Below are positions 58,001-64,000 of a DNA stretch of 64,000 nucleotides, in pieces. Position 1 is the first letter of the stretch. The number at the start of each line of letters is the position of its first letter. Source of the DNA: Tubulanus polymorphus (Eukaryota > Animalia > Nemertea); NCBI RefSeq assembly GCF_964204645.1, contig NC_134025.1, positions 21,303,101-21,367,100 on the forward strand, given 5' to 3'. The position numbers and the translations under genes were made by a program. The notes beneath the pieces are model-generated. The model was given only the letters and a program-made list of their open reading frames with translations, was not told where the DNA came from and did no database searches.

Positions 58001-59857
58001 ATAAAATGCGCTTGGAACGCTACCATATTGCTGTCGAAATAATTAGATCAACGTCTTTTGTATAGTTCAGCCTAAATTAAACCTATTTGCGGTACTGGAA
58101 TGCGACTTATAAGCTTTGAAGAAAATATAAATCTAATCAAATCTGTTGAAAAATGGGTCTGAAAATCTTAATATAATGGGTGAATCGGTGGTAAATCCTT
58201 CAGCAATTAAGATTATTTCCATGGAGCCAGGGTCAACAAGTTGTTCAAATATTGTTAGCTGATTCAAATTTCATCTTGATAGTACTCGGTGAAGCCTTGT
58301 TATAACGATTTATTGATTGTTACAAATTCAATTGAATGATTTCATACCAGATATATGATGAACTATCAGCCGTAACAAACAGAAGTTGGTTTCCTGAAGT
58401 TCCTTGCAACGAGGTTCTATTTTATGAAACATTAATTCTAACTTCGATTTGATTTCGAAATCTTCGTCGACAAATGATTTCATTCGGAACGTAAAAAACG
58501 ATTTTGACGTCAATGAATTGATTCTCCCGATCCTTAACTATAACTTTTACTCCGCGAGTTTTGCTATCTGCGGTATTTGATTTCGTTTTAGTCGGATGGG
58601 ATTGGGTATTGATTAATACTAATCATTTTGATACCGCGTCGAGGCGCATGAGGGAGTCGCCGCGTTATCGCCAGCCATTTGTGGGTTAACAGATGGTTTC
58701 ATTCGCGTTAACTGTCGCAGCTGATGCAATCTATGTTGCGCGTGTGTTCGAATTTCACGAATTAATTTCATATATCGATCTCATTGTTTGCCGATAATTA
58801 CGCTTTCGTATGAAAAAATGAAAATCAAGTTCTAGCTGTATTCGAATATCTAGACGAAAATAGTATATTCAATTCTATATCAGAATGTTATTGTGTTTTT
58901 GGTAAAACTCACTTAACCAATTAGCACTCAGGAATTTCACAATGTAGTGTCCATTACTCCCCAGAAAATTCAAGGGAAAATCACAAGTTTATCACCATAC
59001 AGAATAGTTTATTTCTAGTCAGTTCATGTACAATAAGTTCATGTCATTTTGTAGTAAATAGTCAAGGCTTTCATATGATATAATATTCGATAAGGTGGGC
59101 CACCAAAATCGTGACCTTTTGGCCCCCGATATTCGCCCAGACTTACGGTACTTGGATGTGAGTGCTCTGATCTGTCGTGTTCATACTCCTAATACTCGAG
59201 AATTGAAAATAGGAAGATGTTGATTTCTGTACGGTATTTCGAGGACTTGGGTCTCTAGTTTATCATAAGCTTTTGGCCGAGTCAGATGGAACTAGACTGA
59301 TGTTTTATGAGCCATCTCGCTTGAAAACATTTTTAAGAATCCCGAGTCAGACATAGGTAATATGGAACAAATTGCACGGACCGGTACCATTGGCTGCTTT
59401 ATTTTTGCTTAAATGATTTTCCCTTAATCTTAACGAAATCGGGAGCAAATATCCTGATATCCAAATAGATCAGATTTTAGTATTCTTAGTTTCACCAGTC
59501 TATATCATCTTTCGATTACTTGCAGAAAGGTCGCGTGTCCTCTTGTCGATGATGGAAGATTTAGAAGATCATAGCTTGTACGAGCCGTACGGACCGAACA
59601 TGCCGTTCATGAACAAAGATGACGCCTGCGACAATAACGACGAGGAGTACAAGTTTCACGATCCCGGTTTACCGAAAGCCGCGCCGTTACCCGAATCGGA
59701 GATGCCGCCGTCGTCGTCGGGCGACGAAGGCGGGCGTGTCGTCGTCGTCAAAGCGGCGACGAAGGCCAACGACACTCGCAAAGAGGTGAAACCGATTCCC
59801 GACATCGCGGCTGAGTTTTCCAGCAACATAGCGGTCGACGTAACATCTACGGCTTGA
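45235..59857 (+). CDS. CREB3L1: CREB3L1/CREB3L2-like (OASIS/BBF2H7/CrebA) ER-membrane bZIP transcription factor, 10 exons, 565 aa
   Basis: N-terminal DRKLSEL, FEDPVL and IKSEHSYSL; [15 protein letters not shown]; ATB domain [31 protein letters not shown]; b[25 protein letters not shown]; [19 protein letters not shown]; S1P site RVLL. Phases consistent (1698 nt). Likely co-orthologous to vertebrate CREB3L1 and CREB3L2. Confidence 0.9.
47415..47665. mobile_element. CAG...CTG-terminated (hAT-like) non-autonomous element
   Basis: CAGTGGTGGATCC...GGGTCAACCACTG; TSD not evident. Confidence 0.45.
47772..47955 (+). CDS. CREB3L1: CREB3L exon 2
   Basis: [11 protein letters not shown]...IKSEHSYSL. Confidence 0.88.
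48436..48771 (+). CDS. CREB3L1: CREB3L exon 3 (Thr-rich, IKQE/IKLE SUMO-like motifs)
   Basis: ctcag|...|gtaaga; phase 1-1. Confidence 0.85.
48836..49111. repeat. Foldback inverted repeat (about 280 bp) in CREB3L intron 3
   Basis: Nested perfect stems 48836-48857/49090-49111 (22 bp), 48877-48890/49061-49074 (14 bp), 48935-48944/49008-49017 (10 bp). Confidence 0.85.
50043..50233 (+). CDS. CREB3L1: CREB3L exon 4
   Basis: [21 protein letters not shown]. Confidence 0.88.
52019..52162 (+). CDS. CREB3L1: CREB3L exon 5 (ATB and basic region)
   Basis: [17 protein letters not shown]...KIRRKIKNK. Confidence 0.95.
52613..52671 (+). CDS. CREB3L1: CREB3L exon 6
   Basis: [19 protein letters not shown]. 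Confidence 0.95.
52777..52845 (+). CDS. CREB3L1: CREB3L exon 7 (leucine zipper)
   Basis: [22 protein letters not shown]. Confidence 0.93.
52884..53171 (-). mobile_element. piggyBac-type MITE, copy 2 (inverted relative to 26341-26627)
   Basis: TTAA TSDs, CCCTTTCAG TIRs, internal TACACCGCA.TGCGGTGTA palindromes. Confidence 0.85.
53658..53754 (+). CDS. CREB3L1: CREB3L exon 8
   Basis: [13 protein letters not shown]...TQTGTCLM. Confidence 0.93.
54096..54157. repeat. (GATT)n microsatellite
   Basis: Directly visible. Confidence 0.9.
54182..54392. mobile_element. Two adjacent Harbinger-type MITEs
   Basis: GGGCCAGTTGCACAG...TGCAACCGGCCC|CAG|GGGCTGG...TGCAACTGGCCG|CAG; degenerate relatives near 6190-6286 and 48285-48415. 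Confidence 0.55.
54711..54782. repeat. (TA)36 microsatellite
   Basis: Directly visible. Confidence 0.97.
54939..55020. repeat. (AT)41 microsatellite
   Basis: Directly visible. Confidence 0.97.
56653..56833 (+). CDS. CREB3L1: CREB3L exon 9 (transmembrane and luminal start)
   Basis: [15 protein letters not shown]... Confidence 0.9.
57000..57256 (+). mobile_element. Harbinger-type MITE containing a nested copy of itself (57091-57217)
   Basis: Inner element flanked by CTG TSDs (57088-57090, 57218-57220); same family as 29251-29367. Confidence 0.85.
59526..59857 (+). CDS. CREB3L1: CREB3L terminal exon (S1P site, luminal domain)
   Basis: (K)RSRVLLSMM...NDT sequon...VDVTSTA*. Confidence 0.87.
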
Positions 59858-62091
59858 ACGTAAGCGATTGTGAACAAAAAAAAAACAACCAACGTCTACG
59901 TAGAGTAATAGTGTCAACCATAGCCTCGTGTAAAAACGTCTCGCCGTTGTATCAATTATACCCCGCTAGAGGGCTCTGACGAGTTGTAGCGACTTCAACT
60001 TCGTTGAATGCGAGCAGCGTCGGCGCGAACGTTAGCTCTAGCCGCTATCCCTTTCAAGTCTTAGTTCCGTAACTTCTCTCGCGAAGGTTTCAGAAATATT
60101 ATGTACAGTTAAACGTCGACATATGTTGTACATATCGATATGTATTACCTACTCGATATATCGGTTGTAAAATGCTTCGAGGTTCTCGTGGGTCGAAGAC
60201 GTATCAATAATGGTCTGGTGCCTGGTGATGAAGATGATGATGTTTGAAAAAATGAAATTCGTGGAAGACGACGTGTGGCTCAAATACTCAAAACAACAAC
60301 AAAGATAAAAAACATTTTGAACAACAAGAATATCGTAATGAGTCTCGAGAACTGATATGGTTTTCTAAACGACGATAGTTGCATTTGTGAATCGACGTAC
60401 GAAAGTACGCGTGTTTTAAAAGAACCCGACATTTTCTGACCGAAATGATGGCATTATTTTATATATGAGGTCAATATGGAACAAATCGTACGGACCTGCA
60501 CTACTGGATGCTTTGTATTTCACTTCAGTTTAAGCGTCATCGTTTCTGCTATGCGCGTTTTATATAGGTCCGGCTAAGTGATGGGCCTACTTTTTGAGAA
60601 ATTATTTTTGTTGCGATGATCTTTTGAATATGTACATATATAGAAATACCACACTAATCACTTAGGGCCATAAACCTCTTTCCAGTTTTCGCTGCATAGC
60701 AGTGCTATCTGATCTGCTGCCCGCAAGATTGAACTTTATATATTATAAAGATGGCGACGCTGTCGCTGTCGAATTCATGCTCGACTAGAGCTATGGTGGC
60801 GATGGCTTATGATAGAATCAAGAGGTAAATGATGAATATAGTTCACGATTCAAGCGACGATTAAATGTGCTATTATTTTGTGTTCGGTCGTGCCAAGGAA
60901 ATGATCCCCCACTGCGTCGATAGTTTCCTTGCCCTGGGATTCTGCGTGCTAGATTTTCGGTATGTCGAAGCTAGGTCGTCGGGTATGACGGCGGACGCTT
61001 ATCGAAATTCGGGTAAAAAAAGAGTTGTAAATTCTGTTGTACTACGCGAATGTGTTCATTTTCTCCAGCGCGAGTCGATTGAGTGCGTATCAGATCATTT
61101 ACTCGTTTAAGTCACTTGCCGGAGGTCGTTCTATTACGATGATCACCATGGAATGGAATTCTATCTCAACTTAGATATTGATGAATTTTTTAAATGATTG
61201 ATAAGTGACTGAAAACATTTATTCATAAATCATTATATGTCTTAGCATATCATTACTGTCGGAATGGGGGCCAGTTTTGTTGTGCATGTTCGGTGCAAGG
61301 GTTTTATCGGAAATCTTTCTATCAGTGTATTTTTATATAAGAAACGACGAAAAAAGAATTCTCGCCAAAAAAATAAAAGATTGTACAAACCGATGCATTT
61401 TTTCGCGGAGTGAATGAGGTTGAATGAGTCCGCGTGACTTTCGCAGGCAGAGTCCATCAGTTATCAATATTTCACACTTTTGTCTGAACTCAAAAACCTA
61501 CCCCATATAATGTATATCGTTACTGATATATTTATCGAAGAATGTATGATTTATTTCTGATATCACGTTTTATGATTAATGGCCTACTACTATCAGTGTA
61601 CGTATATGTATATATCGGGGTTATCAGGAATATAAGTGTTGTACCAGAAGAAAGAAGGTGCAGTATATTCAAGTGTTCTCCAATCTGATAGGTCAGTTTA
61701 CACCTTAACCTGCAAGAGTTATTCGTAAAAAGTTTTTCGTGTGCCGGTTGATCTGCGTGGCAATTGAAAAAACGTATTCAATCATGAATTCCAAACTATT
61801 GGAAATGAAACTTTAGTTTATGGACATAGTTATGAGATGGTAAAAAAAGAATAAACATCTTATCCAAGGAATTATTTTTTGGGGATTTTAATACAATACA
61901 TTGGAAAGTTAGAATATTCACAATTTTGTGTTACATTGCCAATGTCTGCGGATGTAAGACTCTGCAGTCGTTTTACTTCGGTTGCCTACTGCAGTCCGTA
62001 AGTGTGTCGGGCAGGCTAAGGATTAAATGATATACCTGGTTTACAGACCAATCAGTGGAATTTTACACTTATGTGCTCTAAATTCCTAGTA

Positions 62092-62249
62092 CAGTAGACT
62101 CTGCCTACAGCGGTACCGGTCAGTGCGGTAATCCGCTCAAATCGGTACGATAATAAAAAGATTTTCAGTCCCTGCTGCTGTTTATGTGTTTAAAATCTCT
62201 ACCAATAATTTTCTGGTCCTGGAACGACCGCTATAGGCGGAGAATACTG
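62092..62249. mobile_element. Tc1/mariner-type MITE (TA TSD)
   Basis: TA|CAGTAGACTCTGCCTACAGCGGT...ACCGCTATAGGCGGAGAATACTG|TA. Confidence 0.8.
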
Positions 62250-63561
62250 TAAGTCTTATTGGACAGTTAACTATTATATCTCAGACCATTCAGATTGGCA
62301 TTCATCGGCATTCGACACCACTATTCTTATTACTGGCCTTAAAATTTGTTTTGATATCCTAGACTGATCCGGCTGGTATAAAATAGCGCATGTGTAATTA
62401 ATTGGCTTCGGATTTTTGTATATTAATGGTACAATTTAGTAGCATGTGGAATATTCCATCTACGTCCATCATATACACACAGTATATACATGTATATATG
62501 TCTATATATACCAGGTATATTATTCTTTTTAGCTCGCTGGATTTGTGCTTGTAAAAAAAAAGAAGATTCGATCTAATCATGATTAAATGTGCAAATTCTG
62601 TGTCTAAGATCCCTCGATTAATATGTGAATGTCTGTGCTGAGATTGGAAGTACACAACCAGTACGACTCGTAATTCTTTCAAAGTTCTGCTAGAATTGAT
62701 ATTATTGCGGGCAGGTCAAAATCGATAAGATGCTTTGTCGAAAGAGTTCAAAAATTTATGAATGGTGAGAAATGAGATTTTTCTTCTCACGGATATTCCT
62801 TACTAGTTTTTTGTGTGCAAAATTTTGCTATTTCGATTTTAGCCCACTAGGGACTCGTTCATCGGGAGGCATTATTCAATATTGTAATTTGCCAATGACC
62901 AAGCATTTCGCCGAGTAGGCATCGGGTCCCCAGCACCCCTCGTTTTTTATGAAGTCGCCCACTTCGGGGACAGCTACTTATTATTTTGTTATAGTCTACT
63001 AACTAGTACTTGTTAAGATATACGATTTTCAGACTTTATCAGTTGAATGCCTTGCGTTGATATTCTTATAATATGCTTTTCTAGAACTAGAAAATTCAGT
63101 TGATTTTTTGATACCGATTTATGAATTTTTACGAAATGCTTTCGGCGCTTTTCTTCTAGTAAAAAAAGTAAATGACTGAAATACTTTTATAATCGTCGAA
63201 GCTATAATCGTCGAAGCTATACGGAAGCCATTGTTACTCAAATGTTTCGCGTTGTTGCATGTGGATGAACTACCGAAAACCTGTGCGTGTTATAAGAATC
63301 GGTTTCATGAATCGGAACCATCTGCTGCCCGGGTGGCATGTGTCTCGCGCAAATTTCATTCATTTTATATAGATCCGATTCTTCGAAAATCCATCAATTA
63401 TCAGACTGAATTTTCACCGCTATACTATACCTACTCTCCTCCGTGCTATAGAAGTTTTACAGCGGACTCTGCTGTTAATTTACTGTAATTTGCTTTTACA
63501 GACGTCAATCAATCTGAAGCCTGAACCCATTATTTCAGAAATTCGATACTTTATCACTGTT

Positions 63562-63819
63562 CAGGGGCGGATCCAGGATTTTCTAGAAGGGCGGTTGCTC
63601 TGCTGGTCATTCCCCCTAAGATTTGAGAAAAACTAGTCTAAATTTTATGCATTCCGAGCATTTTTTTTTTGGCAAATTGCCTGATCATCTCATATACTCA
63701 ATATGAAGCTTCTACTTTTAAATGTAACTTTGTAAAACTGAAAATAAACAGGACGAAGGAAATTTCCAAATGGGGTGGGCTGTTTCGGGTGCCCCCCCCC
63801 CCCCCTGGATCCATGCCTG
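63562..63819. mobile_element. CAGGGGCGGATCCAGG-type non-autonomous element
   Basis: CAGGGGCGGATCCAGG...CCTGGATCCATGCCTG imperfect TIRs. Confidence 0.55.
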
Positions 63820-64000
63820 CAGTTTTTCCCAATTTAGATTATCTACGCTTCGCTTGTCTTCGGGACATCACCGTAGACGTTTGTAATCGAAAGTAATGAG
63901 AATCGTGTATTTTCGATATTGGTCATAACAACAATTTCTCCAAAAGTAAAACAACTACACCGGTAAATGTTTGAAGGGTCAGACCGCTGATTGATTCCTG

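Overview
This is AT-rich, intron-rich metazoan genomic DNA; an invertebrate, possibly a spiralian, is my inference. It holds two spliced genes on the + strand. (1) The 3' two-thirds of an axonemal inner-arm dynein heavy chain, a DNAH1 orthologue: 49 phase-consistent GT-AG exons at 73-40321, about 2834 aa, from the end of the linker through AAA1-AAA6, the stalk and the C-terminal domain. (2) A complete CREB3L1/CREB3L2 (OASIS/BBF2H7/CrebA-type) membrane-tethered bZIP gene: 10 exons at 45235-59857, 565 aa. The most notable unexplained structure lies in the dynein introns. It comprises a duplicated pair of 106-nt, apparently mutually exclusive exons for the AAA1 Walker B region, four frame-preserving cassette/micro-exons (147, 45, 21, 33 nt) in one AAA2 loop, a 12-nt microexon in AAA6, and a same-strand intronless 104-aa nested gene with its own TATA promoter and a homeodomain/TALE site cluster. 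The introns also carry many non-autonomous DNA elements (piggyBac-, Harbinger-, Tc1/mariner-type MITEs and Helentron-associated HINEs) and microsatellites. I found no rRNA, tRNA or CRISPR. All calls come from manual reading; no database searches were run.
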